Source: a virus
DNA length: 64,000 nucleotides
Reading direction: 5' to 3' (one strand)
IMG/VR virus record: IMGVR_UViG_3300025648_000012
Location: 1 to 64,000 of that record
Shown here: positions 47,717-56,968 of the stretch, piece after piece
Layout: every line of letters starts with the position of its first letter
Position numbering within the stretch: the stretch's first letter is position 1
Position numbers and translations under genes: made by a program
Notes under the pieces: generated by a model
Databases searched by the model: none
What the model was told of the DNA's origin: nothing
The model's input: the letters and a program-made list of their open reading frames with translations, nothing else

Positions 47717-49344
47717 TAGATTTTGTCGTCAGAATCAGAAGTATCAAGAGATTTAACTTTTTCGATAGCTTTGGGTGGACGAAACCCCCACTTAATAAAT
47801 GTAGAAATAACTGCAGTTGGGTCAATGTAAGAACTCAAAGCAGTTGCACCAGTTACTTTCGAGGCAGCTTCAACTCCACGTATATGGGATAACGCAGCCC
47901 CAACTTTAACTGCAATCGCGTTCATAGCTGCAATAGCTTCTTTCTCAGTTTTAGGTTTGTATTTTCCTTCTTCTTCTATCCAAATGGAAGAACCTTTTGC
48001 TGTTCTTAACTTGTGACAGCTAACTGGAGAACCCAAAGACTTAAAGAATTTGTTTATGTTAGCAGGAAACACTCTTAGTTTTTTGCCTTCTTTAGTGTAG
48101 GTAAAAAGGTAGTCAGATGAGAGTTTTCCTTCCTCTAACTCTGCTAGAATAGAAATTATTTTCTTGGCGACTGGTGTATTTGGGAGTATAGCATTCTTTT
48201 GAGGAATGTTGCATTTGCCTAGGTATTTAATGGTTGCTCCATTTGGAGTTACAGTAACGTTTTTAACTGCTAACGTTCCCATTCCTTTACCCTTTGCTGT
48301 TCCCATTCTTGCAGAGAAATTGTACAAAAGTTCTAAAACTACAGCACAGACACATGCTGGATTTGAGATGTCAAACTTAAGAATGTACTGTTGCCATTTC
48401 GTTCTAATGGAATTTAGTTCTGGAAGTAGGTCCCGAACTTTTTGGTATTTACTTTCAGATGCACTCTTGGTATAATTTTCAGTATAGAACTGAGACATTC
48501 TTCCTGGAGTAACGTCAGTCTCATGTCTAAATGCTTTTATTGCCCAGTTGTTTCCTTTACCTTCTCCAACATTTGGATTTGTTTCTATTCTTGCAAATAC
48601 ATCTGGACTTGGACGAGTAGGAATTAACTCACCTTTGGGTGTATATATCTTACCTACGGCATCAATTAGTCCAATATGTCCAGGAACCAGAATGTGGTCA
48701 AACCCTGCTACGTTAAGTGCATTGTATGCGTCTTGATACGGTATTAGTGGTTTACCCGATTTTCTTACTAAAGACTTAAGAAGCTCTCCCGCTGCTGCGT
48801 AATGCTTCTTTCTTTCCTCTTTATATTCTTCCAATCCTTCTGGGTCTGTATCTCCTAAAATGTTCTTTTCATCTGGAGTTAAGAATGTACCTTTACGCCC
48901 AACAAGTGCATTAACTGTTTTATGAAGCTTGGAGTGGTTGAATTGCTTAACATCAGGTGCAAAGAGAGAATCTAATACCGGGTCTTTGAGTTCGGATACA
49001 CACTTATCTACTAACTTAAACTTTTCTGGTGTTCCAGATTTAAGGTAACTTGCTACATTCTTTAACTGTTGTAGCTCATTAGCAGTAAACTGTGGATATG
49101 CTTTGAACTTTTCCATTGAGCGAATCAACGAACTACCAAGATTGAACAGCAATTCGTACTTGTTGCGTCCAGACTTAGCCGCTTTTATTGCTTCGTTGAG
49201 CCCAGGGTATCCAACTGTAGGAGATAAATAGCTATCCCATTTGTTAGGTAGTTTTCCATCTGGGTTATTGTGGTAATCCCACGAAAGAACTACAAGTGTT
49301 TTAAGTAGGGACACCAGTTGAGATGCGTTTATTCTTTGTAGCAT
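47716..49344 (-). CDS. DNA topoisomerase IB
   Basis: Catalytic set: SARMG, KYLGK, HKLRT, LSH, SYIDP. Confidence 0.82.
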   Translation of the reverse strand: MLQRINASQLVSLLKTLVVLSWDYHNNPDGKLPNKWDSYLSPTVGYPGLNEAIKAAKSGRNKYELLFNLGSSLIRSMEKFKAYPQFTANELQQLKNVASYLKSGTPEKFKLVDKCVSELKDPVLDSLFAPDVKQFNHSKLHKTVNALVGRKGTFLTPDEKNILGDTDPEGLEEYKEERKKHYAAAGELLKSLVRKSGKPLIPYQDAYNALNVAGFDHILVPGHIGLIDAVGKIYTPKGELIPTRPSPDVFARIETNPNVGEGKGNNWAIKAFRHETDVTPGRMSQFYTENYTKSASESKYQKVRDLLPELNSIRTKWQQYILKFDISNPACVCAVVLELLYNFSARMGTAKGKGMGTLAVKNVTVTPNGATIKYLGKCNIPQKNAILPNTPVAKKIISILAELEEGKLSSDYLFTYTKEGKKLRVFPANINKFFKSLGSPVSCHKLRTAKGSSIWIEEEGKYKPKTEKEAIAAMNAIAVKVGAALSHIRGVEAASKVTGATALSSYIDPTAVISTFIKWGFRPPKAIEKVKSLDTSDSDDKI

Positions 49345-49375
49345 GGATAGTAACTCCGAGGTTATTATTTTCTCA

Positions 49376-49410
49376 ACCTTAAATTGTTCTCAAAATTAAA
49401 TCTGTAAATA
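49376..49410. promoter_or_regulatory. Divergent promoters: AGAACAATTTAAGG (minus) and CTGTAAATA (plus)
   Basis: Same pair of motifs as at 12.9 kb. Confidence 0.6.
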
Positions 49411-49426
49411 TGTTTTGAAGGATGCG

Positions 49427-49471
49427 AAGTAAAAGACTACAAGTAAAAGACTACAAGTAAAAGACTACAAG
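49427..49471. repeat. 14-bp tandem repeat AAGTAAAAGACTAC x3
   Basis: Exact copies. Confidence 0.9.
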
Positions 49472-49493
49472 GATAAAACAAAGGAGATACTCC

Positions 49494-49799
49494 ATGATGC
49501 AAAGACTGAAAACTACAGGTAACTATGAAAAGACAGCTGCACTTGCAAAAGCAAATTTGGATACTTTACTTGTTGCACTCGGTGCAGGTAAGAATTCAGT
49601 TGAAACTAACAGCAAGACTAAAAAAGAAAATCTGTTCAGCACAATTAAGTTGTTAATTAAGAAAGTTGGATATGTTAAAGCATACTCCTTTATTAGAGGA
49701 ACAGGATTAGTTAATTCTCAACCAGTATTCGTTGGAAAATTAAACCACAAGCGTTCCTCTTTGGAATACGTAAAACCAAAAGTAGCAAACAATGCTTAG
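49494..49799 (+). CDS. Hypothetical protein
   Basis: AAGGAG RBS. Confidence 0.6.
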   Translation: MMQRLKTTGNYEKTAALAKANLDTLLVALGAGKNSVETNSKTKKENLFSTIKLLIKKVGYVKAYSFIRGTGLVNSQPVFVGKLNHKRSSLEYVKPKVANNA

Positions 49800-50739
49800 A
49801 GCAGTTGGAATAGGTGATTTGCACTTAACTGGCGTTAAAGGAACTGTGCTAGTTGGTGGATTGTCTGAATATATACCTGACCACGATGCAATGGTAATGC
49901 GGCAGGTGCGTCGAGTACTCAAGTGGGCAGTAAAACAAGATATTTGTACTGTGTTTCTTTACGGAGACATTGGATGTTTTCCTTTGCTCTCTTATTCTGC
50001 ACAGTTAGAGTTACTGCGAGTGTTTAGGGATTTTCCTAACATGCACTTTCACACTATATTGGGTAACCACGATAAGGTAGCAGAAGATTCTTCACTCGGA
50101 CATTCTCTTTTAATACTACAGGAAGTGGTTGAAAACTTAACTGTGTATGAAAACCCAACAACTGTTAAACTTGAAGGTACCACCGTTAACTTTTTACCCT
50201 GGCCGTTTACCGAGTTTAAAGACTGCCTTAATGTATGCCACGTATCTGTAAATGGTGCTGTAGGGGATACAGGACACAAAGAAAAAACTAAGGTGAGTAC
50301 AGACTTTGTAACTGTAGCGGGTCATTTGCACACTAATCAAGTAGTAGGTAACACTTATTACTCAGGAACGCTATACCAAGTGTCTTTTGGAGAAAAGCCA
50401 AAGAAATCCTTTCATTTAATTGAAGGTAAAACTGTAGTTTCTATTCCTTTTGTACCTGAGTACACTCTGCATACGCATACTGTAAATAGTGAAGAGGATT
50501 GGAAGACTAAGCCAAATGGTCCCAAGGATTTAGTTAAGGTTGTAGTATCTCCTGGAGTCAAGGTGAATACGGATGCTAACTTTGTTAGGTTTGCGGCACA
50601 GCCACCCCAGTCAGGAGTTGAGTATGCGTATTCTTTAGATGACTTTCTTAAAAAATGGCTTAAAATGCAACAGGTTCCGAAAGCCTTAAAAGTAAAAGCA
50701 TGGAACCTTAGGCTACACAATAGTATGGAAGGAAACTAA
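49792..50739 (+). CDS. SbcD/Mre11-like nuclease
   Basis: GDLH, GDI, GNHD, CH, GHLH, YSGT..SFGE. Confidence 0.85.
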   Translation: MLRAVGIGDLHLTGVKGTVLVGGLSEYIPDHDAMVMRQVRRVLKWAVKQDICTVFLYGDIGCFPLLSYSAQLELLRVFRDFPNMHFHTILGNHDKVAEDSSLGHSLLILQEVVENLTVYENPTTVKLEGTTVNFLPWPFTEFKDCLNVCHVSVNGAVGDTGHKEKTKVSTDFVTVAGHLHTNQVVGNTYYSGTLYQVSFGEKPKKSFHLIEGKTVVSIPFVPEYTLHTHTVNSEEDWKTKPNGPKDLVKVVVSPGVKVNTDANFVRFAAQPPQSGVEYAYSLDDFLKKWLKMQQVPKALKVKAWNLRLHNSMEGN

Positions 50740-50786
50740 AGTGCAAACTAAAGTGCAAACTAAAGTGCAAACTAAAGTGCAAACTA
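50733..50786. repeat. 12-bp tandem repeat AAACTAAAGTGC x4
   Basis: Contains the stop of 49792 and the GTG start of 50741. Confidence 0.9.
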
Positions 50787-50995
50787 CAATCTGTGAGGCA
50801 GTACCACATTCTTTTAGAGTATGCCCCTTAGCACCAAATCGTTGCTTGTGGCAACATAGAATTACTAATGAGTGCCAACATTTACCAGTTGAAACTGCAA
50901 ACGAATACGCTGAGTTAGTTGGCCTACCTTATTTATCGGGAGAGCAATATGAACAGCTAAAACAAAACTTAAGAACAGCATTGGAAGAAAGGTAA
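50741..50995 (+). CDS. Cys-rich hypothetical protein
   Basis: ORF with GAAGGA RBS. Confidence 0.55.
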   Translation: MQTKVQTKVQTKVQTTICEAVPHSFRVCPLAPNRCLWQHRITNECQHLPVETANEYAELVGLPYLSGEQYEQLKQNLRTALEER

Positions 50996-51012
50996 AGCAA
51001 GGGGAGATTAAA

Positions 51013-51192
51013 TTGAAAACAGCAACAGCATCTTTGAAGGAAAAACTATCTAATGAAATTTTAGCTAGTTTGAAGCACACAGGTCTATTAAAAAGACCGG
51101 TTGTAAAACTTCCAACTGTGCTATTAGGCATTAAGCACTGCGGAAAAAGAACTATCAAAGTTTTTAAGCTCGTACGTAAGCACATTTCTTAA
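51013..51192 (+). CDS. 59-aa protein, possible RNAP alpha-CTD-like HhH
   Basis: TTG start after GGGGAG; LSNEILASLK..LLGIKHCGKRTI. Confidence 0.4.
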   Translation: MKTATASLKEKLSNEILASLKHTGLLKRPVVKLPTVLLGIKHCGKRTIKVFKLVRKHIS

Positions 51193-51215
51193 ATTAACAA
51201 CACAAGGAGTACATA

Positions 51216-51824
51216 ATGAGTAACAGCAGACGTTTAACTTTAACAGAAGTAGTCAAACAGGTAGAAGATGCGCCTATTTGGGTTGTAAATAATACAGGTA
51301 CCGCAATCTCTGCACCCCAGCCCGCGGATGTAGTAATCTCTGTACCGGCTTCAAATGGAGAAGAGCCAACTACTCTTAGAATTCCTCAGTCTTGGTTGCC
51401 CTATTGCATTACTGACCATATTCCTCGTTCAGAGTTGCTCAACAGTTCTGCATTTAGACAAACTATTACTGCAGAAAGACTGCTTTTAATTACTGAGGAA
51501 TATGCGAATGAAGTATTGGCAACGGAAGAAGCCAAATCTGAAATGCAAAGACTTCAAGACATAAAGTATAATGTTGAACATGCTCGAGAGTTGGATAAAC
51601 TTGCAGAAGAAGCAGAAGTTAAAGAAGAAAAATTTGATTCAATCTTTTTAGCTCGGGCTAAGCGGTTTGAAACCATGCCAGATACAGTGGTTAAAAATGA
51701 ACTTAAGATGTTAGGTTCCCTTTCCATTGAAGAAACAGAGTACTTAGTTGATGTACTAAGAAACAAACCAGAAACGGTTGGGTTTCTTAAGGATAGATTA
51801 GCTTCAACAAAACGGGGTATTTAA
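51216..51824 (+). CDS. Hypothetical protein
   Basis: AAGGAG RBS; terminator follows. Confidence 0.7.
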   Translation: MSNSRRLTLTEVVKQVEDAPIWVVNNTGTAISAPQPADVVISVPASNGEEPTTLRIPQSWLPYCITDHIPRSELLNSSAFRQTITAERLLLITEEYANEVLATEEAKSEMQRLQDIKYNVEHARELDKLAEEAEVKEEKFDSIFLARAKRFETMPDTVVKNELKMLGSLSIEETEYLVDVLRNKPETVGFLKDRLASTKRGI

Positions 51825-51854
51825 CATACTTCTAGAGTAAAACAGCCTCACAGG

Positions 51855-51880
51855 GAAGGGGCAAACTAGCCCCTTCTTTA
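51855..51880 (+). terminator. Intrinsic terminator
   Basis: GAAGGGGC/GCCCCTTC stem followed by TTT. Confidence 0.65.
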
Positions 51881-51926
51881 ACTAAAACAGCTTAATCTCA
51901 AACAAAAAACTAAAACAGTTAATTCC

Positions 51927-52023
51927 ACAAAGTTGTAAAAATCTTCATAGAAAATAAATTTGACAGCTTTTCAAAAGCTATTTATAATATAATTGTGGTA
52001 GAATAGAACCACGATTTTAACTT
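51927..52023 (+). promoter_or_regulatory. Early sigma70 promoter module, copy 1
   Basis: TTGACA 51960, 17-bp spacer, TATAAT 51983; A-rich upstream element; GTGGT/ACCAC hairpin. Confidence 0.88.
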
Positions 52024-52046
52024 AATCTCAATAAAGGGGAATTAAA

Positions 52047-52241
52047 ATGGACAATTACTTATTTTTAGACGTAGCATACTTAAAGGAAACTTTAATTAGG
52101 CTTCAAAGGTTAATTGAGGATGTAGTTAGTGGGAAAATAGTAGTAGATGATGATTACATTAGCCAACTGGATGAAAGGCTAAGTAATGATATTGAGGTAA
52201 TTTTGGGTGACAATGGGTTACCAGATACCCATTACGATTAA
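52047..52241 (+). CDS. Early hypothetical protein
   Basis: First ORF after the promoter. Confidence 0.6.
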   Translation: MDNYLFLDVAYLKETLIRLQRLIEDVVSGKIVVDDDYISQLDERLSNDIEVILGDNGLPDTHYD

Positions 52242-52339
52242 CTTAATTTTTAAGGGGAAATTAAAATGAAAGTATATCAAGTTTTAATAGTTTTTATCGG
52301 GTATGTTGTTTGTATAGTTGATATTTTTTTAAGGGGATT

Positions 52340-52675
52340 TTGAAAATGAAAAAAATTTTTAATGCAATTAAAGAATTTTTTAATCCAGGAAATCTTCAAG
52401 TGCAAGTTTCTAAGGAAAGTATACGGGAAGACGGAGAAGTACGGCTACAAAAACCTGCACAAAAACCTAAAGTTACTTCTAGTCCTTATTCAAAAAAGAA
52501 AACAGTTCTGACCGTTGAATTTTGTTCGCAACTTGCAAAGGATAACCGAGAAAAGCGAATTGCAAAATACCCAGAAACGGTGGGGTTTGGTCAGATTCAA
52601 GCTGACCTATCTGTAACTCCTAAAAGAAGTCGAGCCAGAACTAAACCAACTGTGGGCTCCACAGTTACTTCCTAA
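52340..52675 (+). CDS. Hypothetical protein
   Basis: ORF with RBS. Confidence 0.55.
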   Translation: MKMKKIFNAIKEFFNPGNLQVQVSKESIREDGEVRLQKPAQKPKVTSSPYSKKKTVLTVEFCSQLAKDNREKRIAKYPETVGFGQIQADLSVTPKRSRARTKPTVGSTVTS

Positions 52676-52717
52676 AAGAAACAAGTAGGTAAACTTAAAC
52701 AAAAAGGAAACTTAAAC

Positions 52718-54553
52718 ATGGATATCTCTAAATTAAAATCCAAATACTTAAAAGCAAAAAAAGCTTACTACGCGGGTAAACCAATCATGACTGATTCCGC
52801 TTTTGATAAGTTGGAAGACTTGTTGAAAGAGAATGAACCCAAATGGTCTGAGTTGGGAAAGACAGGCATTACAGGAAAAAAGACAGATAAAAAATTGGTA
52901 AAGTTTATGCCTTCCCTCAATAAGGTTTACCCTAAAGATTACCCAAAATGGGTTGCCAAGAACAAACCAAAAGAGCTAATTATAATGGAGAAACTGGATG
53001 GAAATTCCGTTCAGGTCGTTTATAAAAAGGGCAAGTTAGTATCAGTACTTACCCGAGGAGATGGGGAAACAGGTGGGGATATTTCTCATCTCCTGCCCTA
53101 TTTTACTTTGCCAAAATGTATTCGTAACTCCATTTCCTTTGTAGGTAGATTTGAAGCCATTATTTCTCGCACAAACTTTCTTAAACATTACTCTGATACG
53201 TTTGATAACGCAAGAAATATGGTAGCTGGATTGCTTAACCGTAAGGAGCCTTCTTCGGCATTAGCGCATGTTGATTTTGTGGGGTTAGGTATTTATGATA
53301 TGAACTTGGAAGTTGGGGTAGACCTTCTTGATGCCAATGGCTTTAAGGTAGTCTCGCATAGGATAGTGAGGGATTATCTAAAAGGAGGATTAAATGAAAA
53401 AGATCTAACAAAAACCCTTGCTAACCGTAAAGTAAAGTCAGAGTATGAGTGCGATGGACTAGTATTGGCAACCCAGGATTTCGTTCTTGAGTACCCAAAG
53501 AATGAAAAACCAAAAGCCAAAATAATAGCATTTAAGAACAATGACGAAGGAACGGAAACAACTGTCCGTGAGGTTATTTGGCAGGTATCCGGCAACCGCA
53601 GGGCTATTCCAAAAGTCCGTATAGACCCAATTAAGTTAGATGGAGCTACGCTCACCTATGCCACAGCTCACAATGCTAAAATGGCAAAAGATTTGGGAAT
53701 TGGGGTTGGAGCAAAAATACTGGTAGTAAGGTCCGGCGGAGTTATTCCCAAAATCGTGGGAGTTACAAAACCTGCCAAGTTTGAACCACCCAAGTTTAGG
53801 ACAGTCTGGGGTACAGGAAATTCCCAAGTTCATTTAATATCCATTGATAAAGCAAACGACAAAGAGTCAGCAGTAGATGTAATGGTTCGATACATGAAAC
53901 GGTTGGGTATTGAAAACATTGCTGGTTCTACTATTTCCTCTATGTATGACCTAGGAATTACTTCCATTACAAAGTGGTATTCCACCCCAGATGAAAAGCT
54001 GGCAAAGTTAGCTAACTCAAAGACTACTGAAAAAGGAATACACATGCTGCGCTCAATTAAGCCAACTTTAGAAACTTTAGCCGATGCTAGTGGGTGTTTT
54101 CCTCCTGGAATAGGGCGGTCTCGATTGGAAGAACTAAGAAGCAATGGTTATCCCATGAAAAAGTTAATGACAATGACTCCTAGTGAGATTACCTCTATTA
54201 ACATTCCAATAGTTAAAAGTAAGACTCTGGAATTAGTGGCAAAAGGAATGGCTGAGTTTTGTAACTTTTATAAGCAAATATCCCCCTACATTTCCTTATC
54301 TAAAACTGCAACTGGAAAAACAAAAGCCTCCGCAGGAACAGGGTTTACTTGGACTGGTTATAGAAACAAAAATGAAGAAGCTTTTATTGAGAGTATAGGA
54401 GGACAAGTCGTTCCTTTTGGAGCAAAAACTGCAGTCTTGTTTTACAAGGAAGGTGGCAAGCAGTCTACCAAAGTAGAAACAGCAAAAGAAAAAGGTATTC
54501 CCGTGACTACTTTTGCTGATTACATTAAATCAGGCAAACTAAAAGGAAACTAA
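52718..54553 (+). CDS. ligA: NAD-dependent DNA ligase
   Basis: YY..IMTDSAFD, EKLDG, TRGDG, NARN, DGLV, AFK, ATAHN, SGGVIP, BRCT-like tail. Confidence 0.92.
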   Translation: MDISKLKSKYLKAKKAYYAGKPIMTDSAFDKLEDLLKENEPKWSELGKTGITGKKTDKKLVKFMPSLNKVYPKDYPKWVAKNKPKELIIMEKLDGNSVQVVYKKGKLVSVLTRGDGETGGDISHLLPYFTLPKCIRNSISFVGRFEAIISRTNFLKHYSDTFDNARNMVAGLLNRKEPSSALAHVDFVGLGIYDMNLEVGVDLLDANGFKVVSHRIVRDYLKGGLNEKDLTKTLANRKVKSEYECDGLVLATQDFVLEYPKNEKPKAKIIAFKNNDEGTETTVREVIWQVSGNRRAIPKVRIDPIKLDGATLTYATAHNAKMAKDLGIGVGAKILVVRSGGVIPKIVGVTKPAKFEPPKFRTVWGTGNSQVHLISIDKANDKESAVDVMVRYMKRLGIENIAGSTISSMYDLGITSITKWYSTPDEKLAKLANSKTTEKGIHMLRSIKPTLETLADASGCFPPGIGRSRLEELRSNGYPMKKLMTMTPSEITSINIPIVKSKTLELVAKGMAEFCNFYKQISPYISLSKTATGKTKASAGTGFTWTGYRNKNEEAFIESIGGQVVPFGAKTAVLFYKEGGKQSTKVETAKEKGIPVTTFADYIKSGKLKGN

Positions 54554-54732
54554 AATGTATACTACACTTAACAAAATCAGAGAGTTTGGGCCATGTTTGA
54601 ATGGATTGATGACTACGAATCTCAGTCCTGGACTGAGCAAGGAGAGTTTATATTTATGGAGGAAGAAAGTAACAATCCTTTAGACCTTTTCAAGGAACCT
54701 GTTAAGATTATATTTGAGGAAGGAGAAGAGCT

Positions 54733-54975
54733 ATGGACTCTAATTCACAAGTAGAACAAGAAAACTTACTGTGGTTATTTGGTACAAAATATGTAGGAGT
54801 AACCGCTACTAAATTAAACGAAAACATTAATATAAACGTTAGGTACTGGTTCAAAAATAGTGACAGTTTTGCTCCTGGAGCCTATGGAATCTTGATACCT
54901 ACTAATAAGTGGGATGATTTTTGCAACTTGATAGACTCCATAAATATCCATAGACTAGAACCTAAACAACTTTAA
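54733..54975 (+). CDS. Second PC4-like protein
   Basis: ININVRYWF..APGAYGILIP. Confidence 0.5.
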   Translation: MDSNSQVEQENLLWLFGTKYVGVTATKLNENININVRYWFKNSDSFAPGAYGILIPTNKWDDFCNLIDSINIHRLEPKQL

Positions 54976-54984
54976 GGAGGTAAA

Positions 54985-55902
54985 ATGAATACTAAATATG
55001 AGTTTGTAAAAATGAATACTAAGTATGAATTTGTGGAGGGGGATATAGTAGAAGTAAATGGGGTAACCCTTCACCGCATTAGAGCCTTAAAGGACATAGG
55101 AAGAAGGGAATATAAGGTAGTCAAAACAGGAGACCTAGGTGGTTACATTGAGTCAGAATCTAACCTGTCTACTGTTGATGATTGTTGGGTATTTGACAAT
55201 GCTTATGTATATGACAATGCTCAGGTATTTGGTAATGCTTGGGTACTAGATAACGCTCAGGTATTTGGTAATGCTAAGGTATGTGGTAATGCTAAGGTAT
55301 TCAGTAATGCTAAGGTATCTGGTAATGCTAAGGTATCTAATTATGCTTGGGTATATGGTGATTCTGAGGTATGTGGGGAAGCTGAGGTATATGGCAAGGC
55401 TCGAGTATTTGATACTGCTCAAGTATATGGAGATGCTCAGATATTCGGTATTGCACTTGTATTCGGTATTGCACTTGTATACGGTAGTGCGGAAGTATGT
55501 GATAAAGCAGTAGTATGTGGCGATGCAAAGATTTATGGAAACCAAAAAGTATGTGGAAGTATAAAGGAGCTTATAAATAATGTAGATGAAGAAAAAGATA
55601 AAACCGTAACTACTCGTGGAAAGTATGTAGTAGGCAGAGTAAAAGGCGATATCTTTGTTTCTGCGGTTATATTGCAAGAAACCGCAACTCATAGCTCTAT
55701 ACTTCCAATTTTTGTAGAAGGTTCAGTAAAGTCAGCTGGAATGTTTAGCTTAGACTTTGAATGTGGAGTCCCAAAGGTCAGAGTTGAAGGTGAATCTACG
55801 AGCCTTAAACTTAAACCTAGTCATTTAGACTCCATGTATATTCTTACTACTTTGGGACTTTATGACCCCTCTCTTAATAACAAAGGAGACACAAATGACT
55901 GA
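54985..55902 (+). CDS. Hexapeptide-repeat (left-handed beta-helix) phage protein
   Basis: LHRIRAL..GDLGGYIESESNL then (V.GNA.)n. Confidence 0.8.
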   Translation: MNTKYEFVKMNTKYEFVEGDIVEVNGVTLHRIRALKDIGRREYKVVKTGDLGGYIESESNLSTVDDCWVFDNAYVYDNAQVFGNAWVLDNAQVFGNAKVCGNAKVFSNAKVSGNAKVSNYAWVYGDSEVCGEAEVYGKARVFDTAQVYGDAQIFGIALVFGIALVYGSAEVCDKAVVCGDAKIYGNQKVCGSIKELINNVDEEKDKTVTTRGKYVVGRVKGDIFVSAVILQETATHSSILPIFVEGSVKSAGMFSLDFECGVPKVRVEGESTSLKLKPSHLDSMYILTTLGLYDPSLNNKGDTND

Positions 55903-56086
55903 CTATCTTTTTCCAATGGCATTAGGAATTGCATCAATCGCTTTTATTTTCTTAGTAAAAGCACTTGCAACCTACTATATCACCCTAAAAGCTATCCAAA
56001 AATGGGATGGAGCCCTTCCAAGATATGTAGGTGGAGAATCAGAATTGTTATCATTTATAAATGTACTTAAGGATAAAAAGTCTTAA
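55895..56086 (+). CDS. Small membrane protein
   Basis: AAGGAG RBS, TM segment, KWDGALP. Confidence 0.5.
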   Translation: MTDYLFPMALGIASIAFIFLVKALATYYITLKAIQKWDGALPRYVGGESELLSFINVLKDKKS

Positions 56087-56109
56087 ACTTAAACTAAAGG
56101 AGAAATAAA

Positions 56110-56964
56110 ATGTCACATATTAAAACTCTAGTTCGGGGTGCGTACGATATTCAAAAGTTGCGTATTCAAATGGGAAACCGCATTGTTCAAAACTTCAAAT
56201 CTAAATTGGGGTATATCTCAGGCAAAACTGAAGATAAAATGGAAAAAGAAGAGCAAAAAATTCTCATAACTTTGCGTCAACAATATAAAAAGATTACTGA
56301 CGGAGTAAAGAACTTTCCTAGACCTTCTACTTTCAAAGGAAATGAAATAATTTCTGACTATACGGAATTGTGTCTAATTCATCAGTATTGTGAATTGGAA
56401 AATTCAGAAAGCCAGCATTTTCGTAATATGGAGAAAGTACTTGAAAGCTACCCCATTTATAAAGAGTTTCTTAGTAAAGTTAGGGGGTGCGGGCCAGCAA
56501 TGTCAGGAGTAATAATTTCTGAAATTGATATTTCAAAGTGCAAATATGCTTCAAGTTTGTGGATGTATTCTGGGCTGGATGTAGCATCAGATGGTGCTGG
56601 AAGAAGTAAGAAAAAAGAGCATCTAGTTGAATTTAGTTACATTGATAGAGAAGGGAAGGAGCAGACAAAACTAGGCATCACCTTTAACCCTTTTCTTAAG
56701 ACTAAGCTAGTGGGTGTTTTGGGGCCATCTTTTCTTCGTTCAGGAAACGAAAAATACACAGAATGTTACTATAACTATAAAAATAGGCTTGAAAACCATC
56801 CACTGCATAAAGAAAAGACCAAACTGCATAGGCATAATATGGCTATTAGATACATGGTTAAACGCTTTTTGGTTGATCTTTATTACGACTGGAGAACATT
56901 GGAAGGTCTTCCTGTGGAAAAAGAATACAGCGAAGGTAAACTTGGTATGAAACACGCAGCTTAA
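56110..56964 (+). CDS. Nop-domain RNA-binding protein, TIGR-associated TasA-like (IS110 C-terminal-like, no RuvC/HNH)
   Basis: Coiled coil QKLRIQMGNR; VRGCGPAMSGVIISEI; SSLWMYSGL; FNPFLKT; YYNYKNRL; HNMAIRYMVKRFLVDLY; no DEDD domain; adjacent dual-spacer array. Confidence 0.85.
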   Translation: MSHIKTLVRGAYDIQKLRIQMGNRIVQNFKSKLGYISGKTEDKMEKEEQKILITLRQQYKKITDGVKNFPRPSTFKGNEIISDYTELCLIHQYCELENSESQHFRNMEKVLESYPIYKEFLSKVRGCGPAMSGVIISEIDISKCKYASSLWMYSGLDVASDGAGRSKKKEHLVEFSYIDREGKEQTKLGITFNPFLKTKLVGVLGPSFLRSGNEKYTECYYNYKNRLENHPLHKEKTKLHRHNMAIRYMVKRFLVDLYYDWRTLEGLPVEKEYSEGKLGMKHAA

Positions 56965-56968
56965 TTTT

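Noticed and set aside
56110-56964. IS110 transposase / insertion sequence
   Set aside because: No N-terminal DEDD RuvC domain; the adjacent periodic dual-spacer array fits a Tas-like protein better.
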